Positions 1 to 10,418 of a DNA stretch of 64,000 nt are shown piece by piece. Each line of letters starts with the position of its first letter. Within the stretch, counting starts at the first letter, position 1. The stretch comes from Gammaproteobacteria bacterium. GTDB taxonomy: Bacteria; Pseudomonadota; Gammaproteobacteria; SZUA-21. The notes under the pieces are model-generated. The model had not been told where the DNA came from and did no database searches. It saw only the letters and a list, made by a program, of their open reading frames with translations. The DNA is taken from the NCBI GenBank assembly GCA_003233345.1, contig QILK01000244.1, positions 5,977 through 69,976 of the forward strand, in the 5' to 3' direction. Position numbers and translations under genes: made by a program.

Positions 1-610
1 GCAGCTAAGGTTTTTTTCTTGGTCACTACAAGCGATTTCACTGCCACCACGGCGAATAACTTCTGAGCAATATTGGCAAGCATAGACTTTGGCCAGTAGT
101 GGTGCTGAAAATGGGCACTGTAAATCAGACAAGTTTTTTCTCCTAATATTGCGTTAGTATATTACCTGGTTTTCGATATTTCGCTAGTATTTGCAGTGTT
201 GAACCCCGTGGTGATTGGTTTCCACAGGTCAACATTAAATTTGTTCTTAGGCATTTTCTAATGGGTATGGTTGAAGGGCAATACTTGCCTGAAAAACAAA
301 CAGAATAATCACTGTATCAATTTTTGAAAGGATTAACGTGAAATCGTTTAGTGGACGAAATGGCTATATTTCAGGCCGAATTTGCTTTGAGTTTGACAGA
401 TTTCCTTGTTATGTTAGAAGACAGTTAATAACTATTTAATATTCGGTGTAATAAAAATCTTTATGTCACTGTATACTAAAGCCTAGTGGTATTAATCAAA
501 TAGCGGTTTAGCTTTAAGAGGCGCTCCTATATAGAACTGATAGAACTGACTAAAACCATAAAAATAAGAAGGTATAGCGTTAGTGATTTATTCAGATTTT
601 AACGATACGA

Positions 611-3292
611 TTGGCACGCAAAATTATGGCGAGAATAAATAATAGAAACCCGGATTCATCGGGCTTGAAAAAAATCCTAGTAGTAGCAACTCGGGCTTTT
701 AGCATGTTTGTCGTGCTGACGATTTTAACGTCGGCGCTATTATCGATGGTCGCACTGGGTGTCTATCTACATATCACACCTGATCTTCCCTTGACGGAAG
801 ACCTGGGTTCCTCAGAAAAATCCATTCCATTGCGGATCTATAGTAAAGAAGGAAAGCTTATTGGTGAATTTGGTGACAAACGACGGTCGCCATTGGAGTA
901 CAAGCAAGTTCCACAGCAAATGATTAATGCGTTTATTTCCGCTGAGGACGAACGATTTTTCGAGCATTTCGGTGTCGATTATGTCGGCATGTCAAGAGCG
1001 TTGGTTAGCTATATTAAAAACCGGGGCAAGAAAAAACAGGGTGGAAGTACCATTACTATGCAGTTAGCAAGAAATCTGTTTTTAACTTCAGAGAAAACCA
1101 TCAGACGAAAATTACTGGAAATTGTATTGGCGGTTCGAATCGAACGAGAATTATCAAAAAAACAGATCATGAAATTTTATCTTAATAAAATATATCTAGG
1201 CAAACAGGCTTATGGTGTTCAGGCAGCTGCCAACATTTATTACGGGAAAAATGTTGATAAGCTGTCAATAGCACAAACTGCGATGATCGCTGGTTTACCA
1301 AAAGCACCGTCGAACTATAATCCTATAGCTAACCCCAAACGCGCGCTCTTCAGACGTGATTATGTGCTGGGTCGTATGTACGATTTGGATTATATTAAAG
1401 AAGAAGTGTACAAAAAGGCGATCAATGAAAAAATAACTGCAAAAATACATAAAGCGGTTACAGAGAGCGAGGCACCTTATATTGCCGAAATGGCAAGGCA
1501 ATACATGCGCCGCCAGTTTGGCAACATGGCTTATCGAAATGGCTATAAGGTTTATACGACGATCAGCTTGAAACTGCAGGATACAGGAAACAAGTCGCTA
1601 AGGAATGCGTTGCTGCAATATGACCGGCGACATGGTTACCGGGGACCAGAAATGCATAAAAATATGCCGGTCAATGCAAGCAACGCTTATCGGGACAAAG
1701 AGTTAAGTTCCCTTTCAGTGATAGGCGGTTTGTTACCGGGCATCATCACCACGGTTCAACAGAAAAGTGTTACTGTCTATTTAAAAGGCGGTACCTCGAT
1801 TGAATTGGACTGGGCCGCGATGAAGTGGGCAAGAAAGTTTATTTCGACTAAAAGAACAGGACGATTTCCGCGAACGGCTTCGCAGATACTAAAAGTGGGA
1901 GACATTATTAGAGTCCATGAAGAAAATGGAAAATGGATTCTGGCGCAAATACCGACTGTTTCAGGCGCATTAGTCTCTATACGACCGAAAGACGGGGCAA
2001 TCCTTGCTATGGTCGGCGGGTTTGATTTTCGTAAAAGTAAATTTAACCGGGTGACCCAAGCTAAAAGACAGCCTGGCTCGAACTTCAAGCCGTTTATTTA
2101 TTCGGCGGCCTTAAAAAAGGGCTTTAGTCCTGCCAGTATTTTTCCGGACACACAAATTGCCTATGAACAGGATGGCAATCGCGGACTTTGGAGCCCACGC
2201 AATCCAGATGGAAAATACCTTGGACCCATGCGGTTAAGAGAAGCGCTGGCCCGATCCAGAAATCTTGTCGCTGTTAGAGTGTTGCAGGAAATTGGCATTG
2301 GGTATGGAATCGATCATGCCGCTAATTTCGGCTTTGCAAAAACACAATTACCCCATGCGTTATCGCTTTCCTTGGGCAGTGCAGAGGTGACGCCGCTCCA
2401 GCTCGTCGCAGGTTATGCCGTATTTGCCAATGGTGGTTTTCGGGTAGAACCTTATTATATAACGCGTATTGATGAATACGGTAAGGGCAATATATATGTT
2501 GCCGAACCCTGGATTGCTTGCCAAAAAAAATGTGGCAAAGATATTAAGGGGTATCCGGCAAGGCGGGCTATTACGGCGGCAAATGCTTTTCTAATGACAT
2601 CGATGATGAAGGATGTTATTACTCGAGGAACTGCCCGAAAAGCGCTGGTTTTAAAACGATCTGATTTGGCTGGCAAGACAGGTACTACGAATGACCAAAA
2701 AGATGCTTGGTTCTCAGGTTTTAATCCAGATTTGGCGACAACGGTATGGGTTGGTTTTGATGCCGCTAAAAATCTAGGAAGGGGTGAGTATGGTGGTAAA
2801 GCTGCATTGCCCATGTGGATAAATTTTATGCGGGTTGCCTTAAAGGGCAAGCCCGTTAGAAGGCTTAAGCCGCCAAAAAACTTGATAAGAGTTCGAATCG
2901 ATGCCAGTACCGGGTTATTGGCTAGAGGTTCATCCGGAAAGGTGGTAACAGAGTATTTTGTAAAAGGTCGCCAACCTAAAGTGGCCAGTTTTGAAAATGC
3001 GGGCGCTCCGGGTAGCCCAAATGCACCTGGTCCAGGTGCGCCAGGTGCGCCAGGTACTCCTTATACATCGGGTCCAGGCTCCCCAGGGGCTGGTGGTGCA
3101 CCGAGTCCATTTCCAGGTGCGCCGGTTGAGTCTAGACGTACTCCTAACCATGTAACTCGCCAAGGGTCAACCCCTGAACGCTTTGATTCTCGGCAACATC
3201 CATCATCTTCAGGAAGACAAGGTAGTTCAAGGAGAGCGCTACCACCCGTGCGACAAATACCACCACCAGGATCACCTGAAGGGGTGTTTTAG
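611..3292 (+). CDS. mrcA: Penicillin-binding protein 1A (bifunctional transglycosylase/transpeptidase) with Pro/Gly-rich C-terminal tail
   Basis: 893-aa ORF with an N-terminal TM anchor. Its glycosyltransferase motifs (EDxRFxxHxG, GGSTITQQLA, RKxxE) and transpeptidase motifs (SxxK-like SNFKPF, KTGTTN) run collinear with E. coli PBP1A. Confidence 0.9.
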   Translation: MARKIMARINNRNPDSSGLKKILVVATRAFSMFVVLTILTSALLSMVALGVYLHITPDLPLTEDLGSSEKSIPLRIYSKEGKLIGEFGDKRRSPLEYKQVPQQMINAFISAEDERFFEHFGVDYVGMSRALVSYIKNRGKKKQGGSTITMQLARNLFLTSEKTIRRKLLEIVLAVRIERELSKKQIMKFYLNKIYLGKQAYGVQAAANIYYGKNVDKLSIAQTAMIAGLPKAPSNYNPIANPKRALFRRDYVLGRMYDLDYIKEEVYKKAINEKITAKIHKAVTESEAPYIAEMARQYMRRQFGNMAYRNGYKVYTTISLKLQDTGNKSLRNALLQYDRRHGYRGPEMHKNMPVNASNAYRDKELSSLSVIGGLLPGIITTVQQKSVTVYLKGGTSIELDWAAMKWARKFISTKRTGRFPRTASQILKVGDIIRVHEENGKWILAQIPTVSGALVSIRPKDGAILAMVGGFDFRKSKFNRVTQAKRQPGSNFKPFIYSAALKKGFSPASIFPDTQIAYEQDGNRGLWSPRNPDGKYLGPMRLREALARSRNLVAVRVLQEIGIGYGIDHAANFGFAKTQLPHALSLSLGSAEVTPLQLVAGYAVFANGGFRVEPYYITRIDEYGKGNIYVAEPWIACQKKCGKDIKGYPARRAITAANAFLMTSMMKDVITRGTARKALVLKRSDLAGKTGTTNDQKDAWFSGFNPDLATTVWVGFDAAKNLGRGEYGGKAALPMWINFMRVALKGKPVRRLKPPKNLIRVRIDASTGLLARGSSGKVVTEYFVKGRQPKVASFENAGAPGSPNAPGPGAPGAPGTPYTSGPGSPGAGGAPSPFPGAPVESRRTPNHVTRQGSTPERFDSRQHPSSSGRQGSSRRALPPVRQIPPPGSPEGVF

Positions 3293-3325
3293 AGTATTTT
3301 TTTACCTAGTCGAAGTTGCTTATTG

Positions 3326-4504
3326 TTATGGATAGCCATTGTTGCTAAATGGTTTTAGCAATGGATACGGAATGGTAACCTGGCGGGCACAAGCGGTGAC
3401 TGATTTGTCAGAAATGACAGGTTTAAATATTATACCTTGGGAACCAAATGCCAGCGTATAGGATTTGGTATCTGAATAGATATCTGCACAACCGCTTTCA
3501 CTAGATTTTTTTGGTAGCTGGTTTCTGGCCAATTCCTTTAGTTTTTTATCCAGTGATCCTTTCGGGACCACGCTTCCAAAATAAACGTCAAAATTGAATA
3601 TTTCGCCTTTTGTCAGATCAAATACATAACTATTATCGCAATTGTGACAAATAGCTCTTTTCGAACATGACCAGTTGACCGTGCCATTTAAACTTAGTGT
3701 CTTATTGGTAATATGGCTTACCTTCATATCAAGTATAAATGATAGTGAGTCGAAGTTTGTTAACTTGGCTGTTTTATGACACCATTTCAAATCTTCGACA
3801 ATTAGTCGGTGTCTGGTTTCGAGTAAATCATTAATTTTCTGCTTGATATTAGCGTTAGGAAATCGCACTAGTCGGGGGAGGCGTATATTGTGTTTTTTAT
3901 TCCGGCTGGTTTCCTGGTACCAAACGTAAACAATTTTTCCGACACGTACGGGTTTTTCTTTTTTATATTTCATAACAAGCTTATAAGACTTGTAAATATT
4001 TTTAGCATCATTATAAAAATATTCGCTGGCAACATTGATTGGCATTATTCGTCTTAAGCGAACTCTGAGGTATTTTTTTTTGGCCGATCGTCGGCTGCCA
4101 GTAATGATTGAATTTTTTCGAGATAAAGACCACTTGATCGTTTTTTTGTTTTTTAATTTTTCAAACAAAAATAGTTTTTTGGAACTAGTGGCAGATTTTA
4201 CACGTGTGGTTAGTAAGCCTTCTTTTTTCGATGATTCGTAAAAATATTTTGCGACCAGCTCCTTTTTCAATGACACATTTTCATTCGTATCACGAGGGAG
4301 ATATAAATGCATTGTAATTGCGCGGGAACCAATATGGCCTCGATAAAGCCCTTGCCATAATAAACTTTCCGCGACTACTGGCATTGTGAAGAACAGTAAA
4401 GTAAATATAAAAAAAGTTTTTCGGTAGAAGATTCTAAGTAACATTATGTCCAGTTTAGTAAAAAACGCATTGAGTTCTGCGTATGAATAATGGCCTATGA
4501 GCAA
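3326..4504 (-). CDS. Hypothetical lysine-rich secreted protein
   Basis: 392-aa ORF with a hydrophobic N-terminal signal-like segment (likely true start at the internal Met MLLRIF...). No recognisable motif. Confidence 0.4.
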   Translation of the reverse strand: MLIGHYSYAELNAFFTKLDIMLLRIFYRKTFFIFTLLFFTMPVVAESLLWQGLYRGHIGSRAITMHLYLPRDTNENVSLKKELVAKYFYESSKKEGLLTTRVKSATSSKKLFLFEKLKNKKTIKWSLSRKNSIITGSRRSAKKKYLRVRLRRIMPINVASEYFYNDAKNIYKSYKLVMKYKKEKPVRVGKIVYVWYQETSRNKKHNIRLPRLVRFPNANIKQKINDLLETRHRLIVEDLKWCHKTAKLTNFDSLSFILDMKVSHITNKTLSLNGTVNWSCSKRAICHNCDNSYVFDLTKGEIFNFDVYFGSVVPKGSLDKKLKELARNQLPKKSSESGCADIYSDTKSYTLAFGSQGIIFKPVISDKSVTACARQVTIPYPLLKPFSNNGYP

Positions 4505-4810
4505 TAGCTGGCAGTTGATAAATAATATAAAAATAAATCTATAAATCTGGAGGCGCGAGAACTATTATCGTACCATACTTTATATGTCGCTATCCATGAA
4601 ATTAGAGTAGCAAAGCAAAATAGTTACCGGTTAATCAACTGTTATAGAAGCCAAATAAAGATACAAAATTTACCTATTTTGTGAGCAATTCCCGCTTTTT
4701 ATACATCTTAATACAACTATTCTTGAACTATACTTTAGCAATAACATTTAAATTTTTGTGCTAATACATTTTTCAATGGGTGAAACTCACTTCGACCGGG
4801 GCTATAGTAG

Positions 4811-6754
4811 ATGCAGCTAGAGAAAAGGTTACGGCGTATTACTCGATTAACCACCTTGTCTATAGCGTTGGCAATCATATTCTTTATTCCGCTGGGTTAT
4901 TTTACGGTTGGACTAAAGTATGAAAAAAAATTGCTAGCTGTATACTCAGAATTTAATGCCGACCTAATTTCCCGAAAAATTGTTAGCAATCCAAAAGCAT
5001 GGCGTTCGCAAACCGGGCAGTTTAAACAGAATCTAGCCCCCGCTGTTTGGCAGAATAAACATATTTACTATCGTATTAGTGATACGCAACAAAAAGTACT
5101 TTTTGGTGTCGGTGAAGCACCTAAACGACCTGTTTTTAGCGCCAGAGCCCGTTTGCTGGTAGAAGGAGAGATTGTAGGAAATATAGATGCGCAGATTAGT
5201 CTGACGCCGTTATTGTATGGGACTTTTCTGTCATTTCTCCTTTCGTTAGCGGTGGCATGGGTTATTTTTTATCTCCTGAATATGTTGCCGTTTGCCGCTT
5301 TGACTAGAGTAATGAAACGCCTTGAAGAGTCAGAAAGTAAATTGAAAGTCGAAGTGGATGCAAAAGAAAATGCGCTAAGAGAATATCGTCAAGTAAGTGA
5401 TGCGATGGTGTATCAGGCAACACATGATGATCTAACAGAATTACCGAATCGCGCCTGTTTTACACAAGCTTTTGACAAGCATTTTTCCAATGTTGCTGAT
5501 AACGAAGAGGCGGTGTTCTCGATAATGATTTTCGATCTAAATCGCTTTAAGGAGATTAACGATAATCTCGGGCATCCGTTTGGAGATGAAGTGATTAAAG
5601 CGGTGAGCAGGCGAATACGTCAAACACTACCGGAAACAGATTTACTAGCCCGTATAGGTGGGGATGAATTTGCAGTTTTGTTGACATCCAGTGGAAAAAA
5701 AGCAGCGATAGCGCAGGCTAAAGAAATTGTCGACTCGGTAAAAAAGCATATCGTTGTTGAAGGCTATCATTTATCACTCCAGGGAAGCATCGGGATCTCC
5801 AGTTATCCTGCGCATGGTACAACGTTTGAAGAGTTGATGCGCCATGCAGATATCGCTATGTATTGTGCCAAGCAAAATGAAAAAATGGTTTGCAGTTATG
5901 AGCAGGGATACGAAGACAATGGACCTGATCGGCTGATACTGACGGCGGATCTTCGCCAGACTATCGACAATGGCGGCTTGGCGCTATTTTTTCAGCCAAA
6001 ATTTTCACTAAAGTCTGGTGAGGTTGTCGGGGTCGAAGCGCTCGCACGCTGGACGCATCCTGAGTACGGGGCAATAGCGCCGGAAATATTTATCACCCTA
6101 GCGGAACAAGCAGGCATCATACATTCCTTGACCGAATGGGTATTGGAAACTGCATTACAGCAACAGGTTGCCTGGAATAAGCAGGGTTTAAGTCTCGATA
6201 TGGCTGTTAACATATCGTCACGAAATCTTCAGAATGATCAGTTTACACAGCAGGTCAGTACCCTGTTGGAAAAGTATGATTTGGAGGGTGCAGGCCTTAC
6301 ACTGGAACTGACAGAAAGCAGTATCATGCTCGACCCGGGGAAGTCGATTGAGCGGATACACGGCTTGTCAAAGTTAGGGATTAAAGTTTCGATTGATGAT
6401 TATGGTATAGGTTATTCATCGTTGGTCTACTTAAAAAAGCTGATGGTCCATGAGCTGAAAATTGACAAATCTTTTATTTGTAATTTATTGGATGACGATA
6501 ATGATCAGGTTATCGTCCGTTCAACCATAGAAATGGCTCATAATTTGAATTTAAAAGTCGTTAGTGAGGGAATTGAAAACACTGAAATTTACAATCTGTT
6601 AAAAGAACAGAATTGTGATATCGCTCAGGGACATTACTTGTGTGACCCTTTGCCCATAGAACAGTTTGGTAAATGGATTAGTGGCCAGTCAATAGCGGGC
6701 CAGGCGATTAATGGGAATTCTGACAAGGTCATCTCTAGCTTGCGTACTTTATAA
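4811..6754 (+). CDS. Membrane-anchored GGDEF-EAL protein (diguanylate cyclase/phosphodiesterase)
   Basis: Two TM segments flank a periplasmic region. It carries an intact GGDEF motif (RIGGDEF) and an EAL motif (GVEALARW), followed by the downstream EAL-domain catalytic motifs. Confidence 0.85.
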   Translation: MQLEKRLRRITRLTTLSIALAIIFFIPLGYFTVGLKYEKKLLAVYSEFNADLISRKIVSNPKAWRSQTGQFKQNLAPAVWQNKHIYYRISDTQQKVLFGVGEAPKRPVFSARARLLVEGEIVGNIDAQISLTPLLYGTFLSFLLSLAVAWVIFYLLNMLPFAALTRVMKRLEESESKLKVEVDAKENALREYRQVSDAMVYQATHDDLTELPNRACFTQAFDKHFSNVADNEEAVFSIMIFDLNRFKEINDNLGHPFGDEVIKAVSRRIRQTLPETDLLARIGGDEFAVLLTSSGKKAAIAQAKEIVDSVKKHIVVEGYHLSLQGSIGISSYPAHGTTFEELMRHADIAMYCAKQNEKMVCSYEQGYEDNGPDRLILTADLRQTIDNGGLALFFQPKFSLKSGEVVGVEALARWTHPEYGAIAPEIFITLAEQAGIIHSLTEWVLETALQQQVAWNKQGLSLDMAVNISSRNLQNDQFTQQVSTLLEKYDLEGAGLTLELTESSIMLDPGKSIERIHGLSKLGIKVSIDDYGIGYSSLVYLKKLMVHELKIDKSFICNLLDDDNDQVIVRSTIEMAHNLNLKVVSEGIENTEIYNLLKEQNCDIAQGHYLCDPLPIEQFGKWISGQSIAGQAINGNSDKVISSLRTL

Positions 6755-6828
6755 ATCCGGGTCAATGATAGCAATTGAGAGTACAGGCCTGAACAAGTTT
6801 ACATGTCATCGTTCGAGGCCCGAAAACT

Positions 6829-7707
6829 TTATATGTTTAAGACGGGCATATCTTCATCTTCGATCCCCCGGCTTTCAATGCTAATGGAGATAGCAGCAAA
6901 TAATCCTGCTGATATTAATAGTATAACAACGTAGATCAGGCTAAATGCTTTTAGAACGGCTAAAGAGTATGGCAAAATAACAGCACCAGGCACTGGTGGT
7001 ATTATGCCTTTTGTCTTTAAGTAGGTTGCAACGATCAATAAGATTGGAAACAATATTGCGATAAGTATCCATAATATTTTAGTAAACCCTGCAAGCGCAG
7101 ATACAAAACTGCGTATTAGCGCGACGATATGAAAAAAGATTAATAAGCAAAAGGCGCCAAGTGCCATTGCTAAAGCGGGATCTTTCCACAGGTCCGGTTT
7201 CAACAGCATATTAACGTATCTGTCCCCCAAAGAGTTTTTTGAAAAAAGCTCAATTGAAAATGCTGCTAAAAATGCGATTGATCCCAGCAAAATTAATATT
7301 TTAGGTAAACGGTGTTCGGGGAATCGGCTTCCAAGGCCATTGCCAGCACCGATAAGTGCAACGGTCCACAAGGGCAAAAAAGCCAGCAGCGTATAGGTAG
7401 GCGCGGCGCCGTTAACAATTGCCAGCAAGGGCCAGGTGACAACGCCGAATACCATTAATAACAAAGCCAGTATACGGCCTTTTGTGGTGACGTAAAATAA
7501 AAATGGAATGACGGCTAACACCATTATTGCTATGACCATCGTTTTTTGCTTGCCCTGAATTTGTGATAGATCTAGAAGCGTCCAGATACCGTAAAATTCA
7601 GTTAGCCCATTACCGCTAACGATTATTGGTAAATAGACGGCAATAACAAGCAATATTCCACAGATTAAAGCCCATTTTTTTATCCAGCGGTAATCATCAT
7701 AGTACAT
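6829..7707 (-). CDS. Polytopic inner-membrane protein, unknown function
   Basis: 292-aa ORF that is almost entirely hydrophobic helices. Confidence 0.45.
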   Translation of the reverse strand: MYYDDYRWIKKWALICGILLVIAVYLPIIVSGNGLTEFYGIWTLLDLSQIQGKQKTMVIAIMVLAVIPFLFYVTTKGRILALLLMVFGVVTWPLLAIVNGAAPTYTLLAFLPLWTVALIGAGNGLGSRFPEHRLPKILILLGSIAFLAAFSIELFSKNSLGDRYVNMLLKPDLWKDPALAMALGAFCLLIFFHIVALIRSFVSALAGFTKILWILIAILFPILLIVATYLKTKGIIPPVPGAVILPYSLAVLKAFSLIYVVILLISAGLFAAISISIESRGIEDEDMPVLNI

Positions 7708-7892
7708 ATTGAAATCCTTAGTTCTATCTTTTATTTTTGCTAACTGGTTTACTCAACGCGTTGTTGTGCGTTATTTCCGCCAACATGAATATAAACTCGA
7801 TTTTATTAAGATACGTCTAAAGTTTCAATACATTGATAAAAACTGTACGGTTATTGATCAAATACAGTGACTAATAGTGAAGTCGATTAATG

Positions 7893-10169
7893 CTATGATC
7901 TGCGGTTCTCTCGCACTTTATTTTTTGACTCAATTGTCTCATGAGCAAAAATTCCCGGTGGTATTTGTATGGTAGTGTTTTGGTCGTGTACCTGTTGGGC
8001 ATTAAAGGTGGCCTGGTCAAGGTCATGAGATATTTTTGCGGGTGTATTTAGTAATATGTCTTGGTATTGTATTACCCGCTTTCGAAGTTGCAATACTAAA
8101 CGACAAGTCATGATCGACAGAGCCGCTAGTAATATCAGTATGGCCAGTGCAGAATAAAAGCTATTATCAAATTGAAGTTCTGAGTTGTAAAACAATAACT
8201 CTTTGAATAAAATACCTCCGACTATCAGTATTGGCATTAGCGCAGTGGTAATTATTGTTAATGCAAACGCAGATGTTTGCGGGTACACACCCATCCAGGG
8301 GATTTCAAATCCTTTATCTGCACTGGTTATGCGTTGCAAAAGGGCGCGTAAATGGACAATAAAATAAGTTAGAATGGCAAAAATTATAACGATACCAACA
8401 ATGCTGAGGTAGTCAGCAGGAATTGTTGCGCCAAACAGGGTCAACGTTCTGTTTAAGTCTTTAAGCCTGACAAACAAATCTTTTTCGAGGGAATCAAGGC
8501 TAAGATCATATTGGCCGTGTTTGCGAATATAGTGGTAGAGATCAGGGAACTGGTTTCTAAAATTTTTACTTTGGATGATGGTGCCAGGCACTTGTTTTTT
8601 TAGTGCTAGTTTATAGGCTATTCTGGTTTTCTGTGTGCCGGCAGTCTTTGCCAATATCATTTTCCTAAGATCAAAGTTGACCTGTCTTGTGCTCACCGGT
8701 ATAAAAGTATGTAAATCCGGTGTCACTTTATAGCTGTCCTTATCTGTCTTTGAGTTCGTCTTTAAGATGCTATAAGTTCTGAAATAAATATAATATCCTG
8801 ATTGATCACCGGAAGGATAGCTACCGAGTATCGATTGCATTTGCCTAGGGGGAATGGAGACCATGCTGAATACCCCCGTATGCTGGTAGTTGGAACCCTG
8901 TTTGTTTTTTGCGCTGTCGGTTGATGTAAATACGTTAACCGATCTTTTGTATTTAATTTTGTACTCTACGGCGTCAGCAGAATGAAGGCCAACGTTTTGA
9001 GACGACTTCGAAGGTGTGGCTTCAATAACGATAGCGTTATTTGCATAAATTTTATCGAATATATACAGTCTAATATCACCCATCTGATCCCATACGTTCA
9101 TCGCTTGCTCGATGGTTTCAGGTTTTCTTGATTCAAAATTTATCCCCGAGCGCTGCGAATTATTTAGCACAATGGCTCTGATTTGCTTCGATTTAGTGGT
9201 TTTATCACTTAGTGAACCGCCGCCGCCATTGCCAGAAAAGGTTTCCGTGATTGATGGGTCATGAGCCTTCTGGCATACAAAAGACGAGCCCTGGGAAAAA
9301 GTAGTATTCTTGATCAGTTGGTAATAACGACCAAAAAAATCAGGGTAATGATTGATAACATGTGGGAATTCGTAGGGTAGTGGTTTTGCCGCGTAGGTTA
9401 AAATACTGTGATATTGTGTTGTTTTGCTTTTTGCCTGCTTGCTTTTGGCGGCTGCTGGGGATGCACTTTTTCCTTGTTTTGTTCTCAGTCTTGCTTTGGC
9501 GCGTTTAGCTTTACTTGACTTATTACGTTGAGAAGTGGTTTTTCTCAGGGATATTTTGGTATTAAGGAGTCCGCCCTGGGTATATTTAGAAAACTCTAGC
9601 AAGGTATCCTTAAGTTTTTGGTTATTTATTTTCAGCCATTGATTATAACGTTCAGTGCAAAACTGATTAATAAGCCATCGGTTGTTAATCCTGTTGGTTT
9701 CCTGTGTAGCAAAAGCGGAATCGACAAAAGACCTAATGGGTTTTTGCTTGGGGAGATCACTTTGATTATTGTCCCAGTCAAGTTTAATGCCTTCATTGGC
9801 ATAGTTGTGTAGTTGCGATATAAATTCGTTTCCCAGGATAGTTGTGTATTTAAGGTGATTTTTGTTATTGCTTATATAGTCCTGTGTGCTCTGAGAAATA
9901 TTTTTCGAAAATTTCTTCACCGTTTTTAGGTCGTCTATGGCTTTGGATAAAGAATCAGAGTTAGTAAAAAAGATTGCGGTTGCCAACGCCAGGCTAGTGA
10001 TAATAAGGGCAAAGTGAATGCTGCGAAGATGAAATATCATTTTGCTATTATTAGCAGGCGTTTTTTTTGATTGAGCGTTATCGGTATCCATATAGTCGAG
10101 ATCCATTGGGGCTGTTGGCTTGCGCAGGCCGACTGTAGCGACTAGCGCTATCAGTAACAAACTAGTCAT
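7893..10169 (-). CDS. Large membrane protein of unknown function (N-terminal TM, big extracytoplasmic domain, C-terminal multi-TM)
   Basis: 758-aa ORF with a Lys/Ala/Ser-rich basic linker (KSSKAKRAKARLRTKQGK...) and no recognisable catalytic motif. Confidence 0.5.
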   Translation of the reverse strand: MTSLLLIALVATVGLRKPTAPMDLDYMDTDNAQSKKTPANNSKMIFHLRSIHFALIITSLALATAIFFTNSDSLSKAIDDLKTVKKFSKNISQSTQDYISNNKNHLKYTTILGNEFISQLHNYANEGIKLDWDNNQSDLPKQKPIRSFVDSAFATQETNRINNRWLINQFCTERYNQWLKINNQKLKDTLLEFSKYTQGGLLNTKISLRKTTSQRNKSSKAKRAKARLRTKQGKSASPAAAKSKQAKSKTTQYHSILTYAAKPLPYEFPHVINHYPDFFGRYYQLIKNTTFSQGSSFVCQKAHDPSITETFSGNGGGGSLSDKTTKSKQIRAIVLNNSQRSGINFESRKPETIEQAMNVWDQMGDIRLYIFDKIYANNAIVIEATPSKSSQNVGLHSADAVEYKIKYKRSVNVFTSTDSAKNKQGSNYQHTGVFSMVSIPPRQMQSILGSYPSGDQSGYYIYFRTYSILKTNSKTDKDSYKVTPDLHTFIPVSTRQVNFDLRKMILAKTAGTQKTRIAYKLALKKQVPGTIIQSKNFRNQFPDLYHYIRKHGQYDLSLDSLEKDLFVRLKDLNRTLTLFGATIPADYLSIVGIVIIFAILTYFIVHLRALLQRITSADKGFEIPWMGVYPQTSAFALTIITTALMPILIVGGILFKELLFYNSELQFDNSFYSALAILILLAALSIMTCRLVLQLRKRVIQYQDILLNTPAKISHDLDQATFNAQQVHDQNTTIQIPPGIFAHETIESKNKVRENRRS

Positions 10170-10418
10170 TGCGGCATAAAATTAATATAAAATATAGAAC
10201 ATATTTCAATTTTTTTATAGGCAAATTGGATTTTTGTGAAATGGTTTTGTTTGCCCGTTATCAATAGGTGCTAAATAGACTAAGGTAATAAAAACACACC
10301 TATTTTCTCAAAAACAATCGTATTTTAAGAGGCTATACTTTAAGATTGATGGCTATATCAATCCTGATATTAGCGGTTCTTGTTAGTACGGTAATCGGGT
10401 GTTTAGAAGAGAAAAAAT

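Noticed and set aside
1-88. Possible 5' end of a minus-strand gene (MLANIAQKLFAVVAVKSLVV...) at the window edge
   Set aside because: Only ~29 codons are visible and there is no recognisable motif (not clearly PilM). It cannot be supported.
1127-1140. tRNA-like GGTTCGAATC motif
   Set aside because: It lies inside the mrcA coding frame with no surrounding cloverleaf. It is coincidental.
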